Shown here: piece by piece, positions 11,021 to 23,800 of the stretch
How positions within the stretch are numbered: the first letter of the stretch is position 1
Layout: the number at the start of each line of letters is the position of its first letter
Source: Raillietiella orientalis
Lineage: Eukaryota
Assembly: GCA_036172245.1 (NCBI GenBank)
Contig: JAYWIR010000010.1
Span: forward strand, 3,100,001-3,164,000
Length of the DNA: 64,000 nt
Direction of reading: 5' to 3'
Notes under the pieces: model-generated
Databases searched by the model: none
What the model saw: only the letters and a program-made list of their open reading frames with translations
What the model was told of the DNA's origin: nothing
Made by a program: the position numbers and the translations under genes

Positions 11021-14000
11021 GAGATTTTTCCTTTTTTAAGATACACAAAAACAAATTATTTCGAACTTGAATTCCAAGGAGCTGTTGCCTAGACTCAATT
11101 GACTCGATGCCTGAAGACACCTCTCAGTAAGAGCACTCAGGACTCTGACCAGAGGGGAGAACTGATAAAATTACTTAACGCGCACTTCGAAAAATTGACA
11201 ATATACTATTTACTTGGATATTGTAATTAACGCCTATGAAAGATCGAATAGACGAGATCAAAGAATCAACATAATGTTAATAAGCCTAAATTTATGGTAC
11301 TGTTGATTTTCTGTGCGATGAATGATAGCATACTAAATCATGGTAATTAGGAGTAACTTTTCGTAATTAGAAAACGATCAAAAGAAGCAACCGATGAACT
11401 CTTCTCAAGCAGCGTGATCTTGTAATGTGCTGTCTGCACGGAGAGCTCATTCATTTGGACCGCAGTTCTTGTCACACTTGGTTGCTCCGCAGAAGAGCAT
11501 CATAGAGGCATCTTTAAAAATGGCCTTTAAATTCTTACAGAGGTAATCTACTAGAGTTTTCTGAAACTGGAGCAGCAGGGTTCCCAATTACGATTCATTT
11601 ATACATACGTGGATACCTTCTGAATTTTTTTTCTATGTTAGTTGGACTTGGTCTAGGTTCACGCTGCATGAGCAGGTCATCACGACGATGAGATGGAAAA
11701 TTTCTGTTTTGCAATCTGGCTTACTCGTAAGGAAGGGATTTATTCATCAGCTTCCGAGTTCACATCCCTCCATGTAATTGCAAATTTCAAATAGAAATAC
11801 ATCTTCTTTAGGTTTCGTTTTGGAATATTTAGTAAAATCAAAAATTCGACCTTACTATTCTTCCCATGAACAGCCAGTGGCATCATCTCTAAAATTATGA
11901 CAAGCAAGGAAAATGGAAATTACGTGCACCTACAGTATGCAAATTGTACATTAAATATGCAGTGCGATGTACTATGCTACATCAATACGAACGAAATGTG
12001 ATGGTCTATAATTTTGTAATTAAACTCATTAATTGTTGCCACATATGAGGATAATAATGACAATAATAACAACGCGAAAAAATTCACATAAGACAGAAGA
12101 AGACGCACCAGCAATTTCTGCGGTCACTGTGACGGAAGAGTGACGCATAGATTTTTCGATCACAATCGGTGGTGGTGTCACACTAAAATGGACTCGACAC
12201 CATTTCAAATGCGATATTTTATTGCCTTCATTTGCTGCCTACTTATTTAACTTACTGGGAACGGCATGCAATCAATTCCTTTCACCGCTTGAATAACAAG
12301 GCGATTCATAAAATGCATTCCGTATACAAGTGTGTCGGTGCCAATCTAGATACACTCACCACACTCATAAAATAATGAATGCAATGCTGCAAACTGGAAT
12401 TCTTTTCTAATTAGCGCCTGCAGACTGTTTATCAAGGTGGCTAAAGCACTGTTTCTGTTTAAAAAAATGTACTTAAACTATCCTGAAATGGAATAAAACT
12501 CGGAAAGACAATTTTCAATTCAAATAATTGCAGTTTGAGTACAGAAAAAATGACGTGTCCATTCTTAGTTTCTTCCCTAAAGAGAAGAATGCCTTCCTCG
12601 TGAAATTCCACATTCCAGTGCATCCTACGTATTTTTCGCCTTAGAAAACTTCCAAGTAATTTCAGAATACCTGAAGTTTAGGACTCTGAAGGTGAAGTAT
12701 GCACCTTTTCTGAAACAAAGCAATGTGAATTATTGGTAACAACTTGAAGTGCTCCAAGCTCGATATACATCTTCTCCCCATTGATAAATTGTATTTGGAA
12801 AAAACAAAGGTGATACTCTCATTTCTCGTGCGCAATGACAAATTGGTGCTCCTTTGAGTTCCTTCTTCTGAGAAAAGACATATTATGAGGAAATTGGATA
12901 CTTTACCACTATCCCCATAGCTAGACACTATTGCTAAACACTATTGCCAGTGTTTTATGCGTTCAGTATTTGCTCACGAATTTCTTCGCCGCCGTGCAAT
13001 TATGTGTTTTAGGATAGCAATTATCCGAATGAGTCTATCTGAACAAAGAGTACTTCATCTATTGGAACCTCCAATGATTTCATTCAGCTTTTAATGATCA
13101 CAGCCAAAAGTAGTCTATGTTGATAAATTGTGACAAACATGAGAATGAACGTGCGTGATTTCACGTGCGAATCTGAATACTTCTATCAAGTTGTGGATAG
13201 TCTCGCGTTTGAGAGCATCTCGATGCACGAACACCAAAAGCTGCAGAAATTCACACTACATCCAGTAGCACTTCGTAGTGGCATCATCTTTGAGCTCCTA
13301 GATCCAGCGTGCTTTTTTGATACGTGCTTGCCACAAGAAAAAAAAAAAGCCTTTGTGGACTACAAAGACGACATGATGAAATTACTAAGTCGGCAAATAG
13401 TAAGATGGAAAAGCTACGGCTTTAAATAAACATCTTTTTAGGTCGCATCCGATGCCTACATGCATCTGAAAAAATGCTCTTTGCAGTTCCAGAATCCTCT
13501 TCTGTTTCCACATCAAGTTCCAACGCATTCGCAGTCTTACGGGAACCAGGAATGAAGCAGATGCAAAGTTTCCCAGCTACTCTCTGCTACTTTCCACTCT
13601 ACTTTTCTCGGTTCTTGCGTTGCCTTTCTCTACGGATGCTCACTGTGCTGTCTAATTCAAAAAAAAGATGAATACAAAGCAGCATTCGAAAAACAATCTG
13701 GAGTTTTCTGGTTGTGGAGTGTACTTTCTTCAAGTCGTTAGCATTGCATTTCAGATACCCTCCGAGTACATCCTCATGAATGCTCCACTAAGGAAGCTCC
13801 ACTGATGCTATGGACTTTCATTTGATTGTCTGCAGCCTTTGAAAAGAAGAAGAAAAAAAACAGCAAATCATGTATTTGTAAGGAGACTTATAAATTCGAC
13901 CGTGCCTTTAGTTTTTAGAGAAAACTACCTCCTAAGATGCAGTTTCGGCTAGACTTGCAAATGTTCTCGAAGACCCATCAAGAAATTAAGCGGAATCTAA

Positions 14001-16354
14001 AAAGTGAGGAGGCTAAATTTTGATTGCTATGAAAAGGTTGATAACGACTCGTTATGAGATAGTTATGAATCTTCCGGATAGTTGTGGAAAGATACTACCC
14101 TAACTTCTACATTAAATGCAAAAATAATTCTAAAGCTCAGTACAATAAGACTATGTACTAAAATCAAAAATTTCATAGGTATTCAAGCTTGCGAAGGTTA
14201 TTTATGGGGACAGCAGCTAAGGTGAAGTGGATTAGAGTGTCAGCGCCCAATGAACACACCACAGAGTCAAGAAATAAATCTCCTTAGGAATCAACAGCAA
14301 ACATGGCATTGATTGTACATGGCCACAAAACTTTTTTTTCACTCTATAGAGAGGAATTAGGTCGAGGTGATGCGTGCTGTCTAATTTCCAGTCTGGATAA
14401 GATAACCATATACAATTCTGACTGATCAGAAACAACTGAGCATAAAATGTCTACTCTTTAAGAAAGCAAAAAAAGCAATAGTTCAGAATTCCTCTTCCCA
14501 CACCTTCGTATCGATATGTTAATCTGTCTACAACAAGCTCGAACCAGAAGTAACCATCTGAATGCCACCAGAGGGATTCCTTTGCTGAATCTTACACGAA
14601 GCCGTTTAGAAGGTTCCGTTCTTGAAACATGCTGCATGGCATACAGTTTCTGTAGGTTGAACTACGAGTTCATCTTTCAATACCAATTCTGAGCATTCTC
14701 GGTCTTATTTAGGTTTCCATTTGTACACTGTTGACTTGCAATTTGTTCGCAGTTGTCCTTCTCAATAGTTAAAAGGTATTCCTCCGAGTTGCAAAATTTC
14801 ACTAATTTTCGCAGTTCAAGTGACCACCTCTGTGTATGGGAAGTGAAAATGAACTTTTGCACCGAAATTTTGGAATATGGATAGTGTTTTAAATGATTTC
14901 ACTCAACTGTGAATCTCGTAAGTTTCGGTAATGCCGTTTTCTAATAGCTACTGGTACCGAGTTGGGTAATATCAAGGATTGGAAATAAATGTCTCCTCTT
15001 TTTAATTGCACTTTTGCTTTGATTACATCCTATTTGAAATCATTTCAACACTCGTTATGTGTCACCTTTTGGAACGTGTCGTTCGTTTTCATCCTATCTG
15101 CATTTGTTTTCGAGCCATACAGTTCAGCCATTTCGGCATACTTCGTTTTCCATCCGTCACTTTGAAGCATCACTGGCGTAAAGGCGGTAGAAGGAATCTT
15201 TTAGAAATGATTAGAGAGTCAGTCATCACTTGAAAAAGAACTTAAAATGGATTCTGAATTTAAAGTGGGCTTCAGCAATTCTGGTCACTGTAAATACCTC
15301 TCAAACTGTGTAATAATTGCATTGCTTAGGTCAGCAATAAACAAGCAAACTCCTTACCACCTTGAAGTTTGACATGTTCCCAGTAAGCGCATGCGGTTCA
15401 CTAATTTGTTTCATGTTATCTTTTCATGTATATCATCAACACAATCAGATTCAAAGTGCATTTCAGATGCATTTTTCTTTTATTTACCTAGTTGGATTCA
15501 ATTTAACACATTCTGTGAGTCATTTCCGGAAACTGATTAATATATATCACAAGTAACTATTCAGCATCGAGTTTACGCTGGAATTTATCGTGAACATTTT
15601 ACCCATTGTATGGAAAACGGTATTTCTAAATATCACACTTGCTAGTGCTATCCTTTCAAACGTTTACATATTGGAACCTACTTGATGGGCTGGAATTGTT
15701 TCTTAAACATCTAAACAACCAAGGTGAGCCTAAAGTACCTAATTTCTTAGGAGTCATGATTCTTGTCCCCATCTATCACATAATTATTCTTGAAATGACA
15801 GTAATGATCTGACAGTTAAAGTTAATATCACTAACTTTTAGTATCAGATTATCAATGCATCAAAACATTTGATATGAATTTCTTCAAGTAGTGCTGGAAT
15901 AATTCCACTCATTAAACACAGTACCACTGAGAAAAAAAATTTGCATTACAAGATCAAATTAAATCTTATGGCATTGAGAGCAGAACATTAGTAGGGTAAC
16001 TAGAAATCCCTTGGATAAAAACTTCGATGTCAGACTTTTGATGTAAACTGCTACATTTCCAGTTTTTTGAATGAATAACTTGCAGGTCTTCTCAGTAGGA
16101 GGCAAGCAAAGAAAGTAAAAACAAGAGCAGCATGCAATACTATGATTCAGCAAATTTTATTTTCATTTTGGGGTAGCAAGAGAAACTCCTGATGCCAGCA
16201 AGTCTCCATCTGAGGTGAATGGATGAAAAAATGCTTATTTTCCCAATGCAACAAAAACACCACTTACAGTAATCACGAGATGTTAATAAAAAAAATTCCA
16301 TTCTGAATTGGAAATCTATATTTGAAATTCGCTTCCCCATTGCAAAGCAAAATA

Positions 16355-17479
16355 TCATTTCCTGTGTTTGAAACGTTTCCAGGGTCCTAAAACTCAATGA
16401 CTATTTGCACAGCTAAATCCTGACACCTACGTTTTTTCTTTCCTTTGTTGTTTGTTTGCTGCTTTAGTTTTTTTGGTCTTTTCTTTGCAGCAGACAAATC
16501 ACCAAAATAGGTCAGCTCTTGTCCCACATTTGCAAGAGTATCTTTTTGCCGCATTTGATGTCGCTCCGCACGTGGCACTTGTAGTCGTACCATATATTCT
16601 TCTTCATAACTAAAAAGAACTATTGGAAGATGCTGAATTATTTTTTACCGTTTTCGTTCTTCTGCTTGTTTCTGTAATACAGAATGCTGTAGCATTCGAA
16701 TTTCTTCAGGTGCTTCACTGTATTCTTGCTGAAGTTCTGATAATATACTGCTATTCATTATCTGCTTTCTCAGCTGCTTTCCATACTGCTTTTCGTCATT
16801 GTCACCTGGAGCAATTTTTACAGGTTTGGAGATCAGAGGAACCAGTGCATACCATAATGCATGGGAGCAATCCGAGGAGGAACATATATTTTAGGTTTCT
16901 TCAATTTCTGGGAATTTGGGGGCTCTTCTTCATCAGCACTGCTATCTGGTAACTGCATGCAATAGAGAACAACTTAATGAATTTCAGGTTACTTTGGAAA
17001 CAAGCTGTTCAGGATGAGGTCGCTGACGAAGGGGGTCTACTTCACTCAGCTGAGCACCCTGAGCTTGCCACAAAAGCTTATTTAAATGGTAATGTAATTT
17101 CTGTTCTATAGGACGTATTCTCTCCAGAAATATTCTTGACTCAATTATTCTGTCTAATTTTCCAATCAGCATGGACATTATCAAAAATTCTCTCACCTAT
17201 GGATAATTCACCAAGTAAGGAACCACCCTGGAGCTTGTGCAAACACAGATATGCTAGATTGGTTATATAACTTAAGAGCAAGGAATTCTTCACTTCTAGA
17301 AAACTCAGACCCTGAGAAAAAGAGATCACATTCCATAACATTTGTCATACATAACAAGTAGGAATCTGCTCCTTAGTCAACTTCTCTATAACGTCACACA
17401 GCAATGGAAGTAGTTGGTTCTGTGAATCAACTAGTTCTTGTAATAGCTGCTCACTTTTCTTTAATTCCTCTACATTCAT
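16355..17479 (-). CDS. NGDN: Neuroguidin (Lcp5/Sas10-Utp3 family, SSU processome component), 7 coding exons, 290 aa
   Basis: Exons (minus): 17479-17351, 17311-17197, 17153-16993, 16952-16853, 16805-16649, 16609-16431, 16386-16355. All introns are GT-AG and the sum is 873 nt in frame. The translation contains GLSFLEVKNSLLLSY, IFLERIRPIEQKLHY, DPLRQRPHPEQLVSK, IYVPPRIAPMHY, ELQQEYSEAPEEIR, YEEEYMVRLQV and a basic C-terminus KGKKKRPWKRFKHRK, collinear with vertebrate NGDN as I recall it. AATAAA lies on the minus strand at 16156-16161. Confidence 0.95.
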
Positions 17480-17949
17480 GACTGAAATTACAATAAATTA
17501 CTACTGCATTTGGGATATTTTCTTGGAAATAATGAGGTTTTCAAAATCATTATATAAACATGCAGAGAGATGGTCGACCTTCTTTTAAGTTACGAGTACC
17601 CTCGTAATGTATCAATCCAATAGTCTCCTAAATTCAGCTACTCAATAACTCTGAGTTTAACCTTCAAATTCAAGGTGTAATAAGAAACAAAATCGTACAA
17701 CCAAAGCAACACGCGTCTAGAAGCAGGATTTCCAACTAAAACTAAACCGAAGTTTTGTTAACATTATTAATGAAAGTTTGATCTAATGAAAACAAACACA
17801 TAAGTTATCATTAACTCATGAGTGTTATTGCATGAATTCATGGGTCGAAATACATTATATTTCAATGTAGAGTATGAATAAATGATTTGAAAGCAAGCAA
17901 AAACACTGAGCATTTTATTTATGAAGCAAAAATACAAAAATGCAAACTA

Positions 17950-20100
17950 GGTAGGAATCATTTGTAATATTCCTTAGGTAAATATTATAAGTAATCCATT
18001 GTATCTTACGATGATCTTCGATGAACAGCTTAAATACATTGTTGTTATCTCTAGTAAAAGGCGCAAGAAATAAGCGGTAGAGTCTTTTATGGTATTTGCA
18101 GATGATTTCCAAGTATCATCATCAAGTTACATTTCCTTCGTTTGTCTACTAAAGTTTGAAGTATAAAATTTTGCATTTTGATTAAAATTACATTCAATAA
18201 TGAATTTCAGACCCCACTTCAGGAAATTCCTAGCGATAAAATAAAATTCAAAAAAATATATTTTAATGTGTGGACAGTTCCTTTCCAAACGTGTTCGATT
18301 TACATAAATACTCAGAATAAGCACTTGTGCACTCATGTGAAGCTAAGTACACCATTTTGAAGTGAGTATTTCGAGTCAATGGCACTAAAATCTGGAAGTT
18401 CTGTATCTCTGTTTCCAAGACCGTACGTACTCTTTTGGTTAACACCTTCCTTCCCAAAATGAAGTTTCTGTTCAGCTTTCTCATATTTTCGAATAACCAT
18501 TTTCCTTTATCGGTTTGCTTTTGTTTTCCCAAAACTCGCTTTATTCTTTTCCGAATTCCTTAATATAACTTTTCAATCTGTGGTCGCAATATATCCATTT
18601 AATTTGAGAATTCGAATTGTGGTTATTTACAAAAGGACCAGGAAATGAAAGGTGAATACACTGATGGTTTGCCTAACAGGTGCACGAAGCACTTTCATAA
18701 TTGCCTTTGGTCTGCATATGTTTGCACAGATGAGTATTCAGTTTCTCTCTTTGACTTGTCAAGTATGAAGTCAACATTCTCAGGAATCTGTTTGAAAATT
18801 CAGGATGGTGTAACAGAATTTAAAAGTACGAGAAGATATTTTGAAGAGTCTTGTTTGGGACACTAAATACATAAGGGGTCTCAATTAGAAGTAATTAAAG
18901 GGTGCTTCACTTCAGAAACAGTTAACACTTTTTCTCGTCGTTTCTCTATTCTGAGAAACCGGAGAGAGATTTTCCTCGAATACATGCATCACATCCTCGT
19001 AGGCATGCAAAAATAGCTACAGAAATAGAGACACAGACTCTAGGCTATGTCACTATTATAATCAGATTCCAGATTTGATTAAACACGATCTGGATTCCTT
19101 GGAAATTCGCGCTAAATCTAATTCGCTGCAATCACAGCTTGCTTGCTCTTTGGATTAAAAAAAAAAAAATTACAATTCGTAGAGCAATTGCAAACACAAC
19201 TACAGAATCAAGTAATCTACAGAATCAACAGTTGTTCCAGTTTTCATGTTGTTTTCATTGTAAACTGCAATGATCCTCAGTTTTTCAAAAGCTATTATTC
19301 ATTCCATATTCATGAAAACATTATTATTATTAAAACATTATGATGCAACCTGGTATTAAACAAATTTGCAGGTCGTTAAAATTTTCATTGTACAGCAACT
19401 GCAAAGAAACAGGAAGATGATTCTCATTTATAAAAAGTATGTGGGTGAAGCTTCCTTTTATGCATCGTGTACAGAATGAATCCAAGGAACTAATTTGGAA
19501 AGTAAATATTCATGTATACGCAGTGCACCATCATGCTTATAGGACATAAATTCAAATTGTCAAATTTTAAAATGTTTTTTCATTTTTTATGGAATTCTGA
19601 TCTCCCTTTGTTCTTCAAGTAATCAAAGCATTTTGAAATTACAATAAACCTATACCAAAGCTGTATTTTTTTAAAGTTTGATTTGATGTAGTATCCAAAT
19701 TGAAATGGCAAGCTTTACAGGTTCCAAATCGATGAACAGACTCATTTAAACCAAAGCTAACCAAATACTGAAGAGTCAAAAGCTAAGAAACTTGTACAGA
19801 AACTTTGATGTATTTGATGATATTAACACTATCCACGACCTTTTTTGCTACATCTGTGCATCTTTCAAACTTTTAGGAATAAGCATACAAGGACTTCATG
19901 TAGCAAAATCCTTCCAAAACTCTGGGTGCATCTACTCAAATGATTGTGTGGACATCATTGGTAGAATGTCAAATCGAACTACTCATAATTGCCTATTTTT
20001 TTCATGTACAGGTTCTCTTGAAGTCAGAAATAAGATAAACTTCCCAAACTAAACGCACTGAAGTACCCACTCACGAGTTTAAATTTCGATTCAATCATTT
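17950..20100 (-). pseudogene. Possible decayed coding sequence between NGDN and VPS15 (weak pogo/DDE_1-like resemblance)
   Basis: Protein-like minus-strand stretches broken by stops, e.g. HEYLLSKLVPWIHSVHDA*, HILFINENHLPVSLQLLYNENFNDLQICLIP, KRRKCNLMMILGNHLQIP*, and ORF 18263..18532. I could not splice an intact frame. Confidence 0.2.
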
Positions 20101-20872
20101 AGTAATGTTCAGAAGGCAGCGACTGGAAAAGATGAACTCAAACCTATTGCTTGTGGCCTAATGCAAATTACCGATACGTTATTCTCTACATTTAACGTCT
20201 AATAGAATATTATGCGTTTGTTCGAATTTGAATGCGTTTTAGGAATTTTTGAATTCATTCACTTTTACGTCTCATCCTTGAAGAATTTCGCGTTTTTATT
20301 ATTTATAATATTGGAATCAAAGAAATAAAAATTCTTGCGATCAAAACGCAATACACAGAGCATAGGGGAACAGTTTCCGTGTTTCTTGTAAACAAACGAT
20401 GTTTTCTTTCCGCAAAGGAGTGCAACACACGTAACTGTATTTTAAGACGTTTAGTGTTGTAAGTCCTGCTTAAAGCACATCAAAAAAGCTTGTTTCAAAA
20501 ATACTCAGTAGTGTTCACGTACATTTAAGGCGATCAGTGTCATAAATTTCATAATATGGATGATATCAAGCAGATCTTTTTCAGCCACTAGACCAAAGAG
20601 TGAAAAAGCATGAGCATGGTATGAGCTTAGCATTCTTAATCATATAGCGGTGTGAAATAAGTAGTTTCCTTTCTCAGGTTGTGTGGTATTTTACTTCAAT
20701 ACGTGTGTTCACAAAATCTTGGCATGATAACTGCCATTAAAGATGTGTGGTCTCATAAGATTACTTGATTTTATGAAAAATTAAAATAACCCACATTTGT
20801 AGTAATTACATGAGGGAATAGACATGTTTGAGCGTAACATTTAGCCAGTTCATTTGCTTTTCATCGAAGATC

Positions 20873-23800
20873 ATGGGAGCACATCTATCTGGAATAGCAC
20901 CGTCGCAGATCTTACCCATTGATTATTATCTAATGGATCTTGCAGGGTTGAGCTTCATCAGCAGGTAAGAAGAAACTTGATGTGCATCTTAGTTGGGGAA
21001 ATTAAGAAAATAATAATTTGATTTTGGTTCTTGATCTTAGTGATATCTAAAGTTTAATCATTTCAAAAATCTCTAGCTTAGGGAACACTCGTTTTCTTAA
21101 AGTGGCCAAGGTGAAAAGTCCAGAAGGATGGGCTGTTGTGAAAGTATTTGTTATTCATGATCCAACTTTATCCCTTCAGAAATACAAAGAAAAAATTGAA
21201 GGTAAAGGTGAAAAATGTCTATGTCTGCTTTCTTTGCAAACTTTGCACATATCTCTCAAAATAATTATATACAAAGTAGTTATGTATTTTGCATGCTTTT
21301 ATCGACATTTTCTGTAATTTTATATCCAGTCTTTTGTATTTATCAATATGCCACCTTTTTTTTCAGCGTTACAGCAGATGTTGGTTAATGTTCCAAATGT
21401 TTTACCCTTTAAGGATGCAATCGTAAGATGTAACATGTATGCAGAAGTCAGTTTGTTAACATTTGTGTAGATTACCGATAAATGTGGTTTTCTGATAAGA
21501 CAGTACATAAAACATAATCTTTATGACCGAATGAGTACTAGACCGTTTCTTACTATGGAAGAGAAAAAATGGATTGCATTTCAGCTGTTTGTTGCATTAA
21601 AGTTATGCCATAGCATGGGTGTAAGCAACATCACTTTCCATGATATTGAAACTTTAGAAGTTTATAATTTACAATGAATTTAATAAATTTTCATGTAAAG
21701 ATCTGCCATGGTGATATAAAATTAGAAAACATAATGTTGACAAGTTATAATTGGGTCCTGCTCACAGATTTTGCTTCATTTAAACCTCCTTATTTGAGAG
21801 ATGATAACCCTGCTGAATATTCTTACTTTTATGACACATCTCGTAGACGAAGCTGTTCCATAGCTCCAGAAAGGTATATATGTTTAGTATTTGTTTGTTT
21901 ACTTTGATCATATAAGTTTACAATAATTTTGAATAACATAATCTTTCAGATTTTTTAATACAACAATAAAGGAGATCAATGTGGATGAAACCTCAATACA
22001 TTCAGAACTTGAGGAAAGATATTTATTCTTGCAGCCATCGATGGATATATTTTCCCTGGGGTATGCAGTGAGCCTAAACACATTCAGTAGAATCAGTTTT
22101 CCATGCAAAGTAGTGATTTCATACTATCTCTAAATGCTCAAATTAGCTCTTAGAAAAAAGTTTCAGTCTCTAGAAATAGTTCTTAAACTTATTTTAGGTG
22201 TGCACTTGTGGAATTTTTTACTGATGGATGCCCAGCATTCAATTTTTCTCAGCTCTTACTGTATAGAAATGAAGAATATGATCCATCCAATGTACTGATC
22301 AAACTACCAGATCCATATCTTAAGGTTTGCATTTACATGACTTATTATTTGCGAATTTGAATAAAATCTTCTCTTTCTGATTTCAGTTTTTATTTTTCAT
22401 TTTGATCTTGTGTGCATTTCATATTGTTGCTACAATAAAACGAAATTTCAGGAGTGTGATGTCTTATTCATTATGAAAACAATTTTGATTTACATAAGTA
22501 ATTTATTAATTCATAAGCGTTTGCTTTTATTCATTCAATCTCAAAATAAGATGCATCGGTTTCTTCTCAGCAAATGTTTTGAAGTTTAGTATTTTGTTTT
22601 TAGAGTCATTCCTTGACATAGTTAATTCCATTCAGTCCATCAGCCTTGACATAATTAATAGGGGATCATCAGTAAAATAATATTACAAGTGAATGCTTCA
22701 ACAGGTGAACCTTTATAATAGTGAACTACATGTGGCATAAAGTGCATACTGATTTCAATTTTCATCCAATTCGAAAAGATTCTTCGAAAATTTTTTCATG
22801 CTGCATTCATTTAATGTGTAATCTGGTTTTACTGAGATGCTTGAGTGCTTAGAATATAAATTTTTCGTATTGTTTTCATGTATGAAGGGTTTTGAAAGCA
22901 TATTTCATTGATTCATCTATATTTTTTATTTAAGAATTCAACGTGATTTTTTTCTAATGTTTATGAATCATGGTAAAATATTTTTGAAAATTCCTTTAAA
23001 AGAAATAATTCTATGGGGAGTAATGGGAAGTGAAATATCAAAATGTCAAGAAAGAAACAGTATGATCTAAGATTGAAAGCAGACATCCAAAAATAAAATT
23101 ATAGAGATCAAAGCAAGGAAAATATATTTTACATTGAGGACATAAAGACCTTGAAAATACATAAGCAGTAACCTGAAATTTTGATAATATGAAATGTTAC
23201 ACTGTGTTCATGGTGTGATTTACTGATTTTATGTAATCTTGGACTATCTGTAAAAGTTCCTTCTTTTAGCATAGTTTATGCCATGTCATGTGTTGTTGGT
23301 TTATGTACAATAGTGTGTAATCTGCAGGGAATCAGTAGATATTGGTGCTTTTAGAGGTGTATCAAAAAATTTGCACCAATCATTGAGTAAAATACATGGT
23401 CAAGTAAGATATAATAAGATCTCACTTATGAAAGGAAATTTCATATTTTACTAAGGTCAGAAGTTCATGGATTAAGCAAATCTGATCCTACGACTTTCAT
23501 GGATCTAGTGACCATCTTATTAACTGATGTTGATGTATTTTTTTTCCAGTTATAATTTTTGATTAGTAGAAGTGACAGTCTGAAAAGAATTTTATGGTGT
23601 GTTTTGTATGTGAACATACTTTGATTACATTAATTAGAACTATTAGCAATAATGCATATTTTAAATAGGAAGTTCGTAATAGCTATGTTAATGGATCTTT
23701 CATGATTGCTGTATGTTTATAAATTAATTCTGGTTGACATGACCTACAATTTGGTAATTGTACGATATGCTACAGCTCCTATTGTAATTTGCAGCTCCTT

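Noticed and set aside
14962..14970. Minus-strand ATTACCCAA resembling nematode SL1
   Set aside because: Only a 9-nt match, without the rest of the leader or an evident Sm site.
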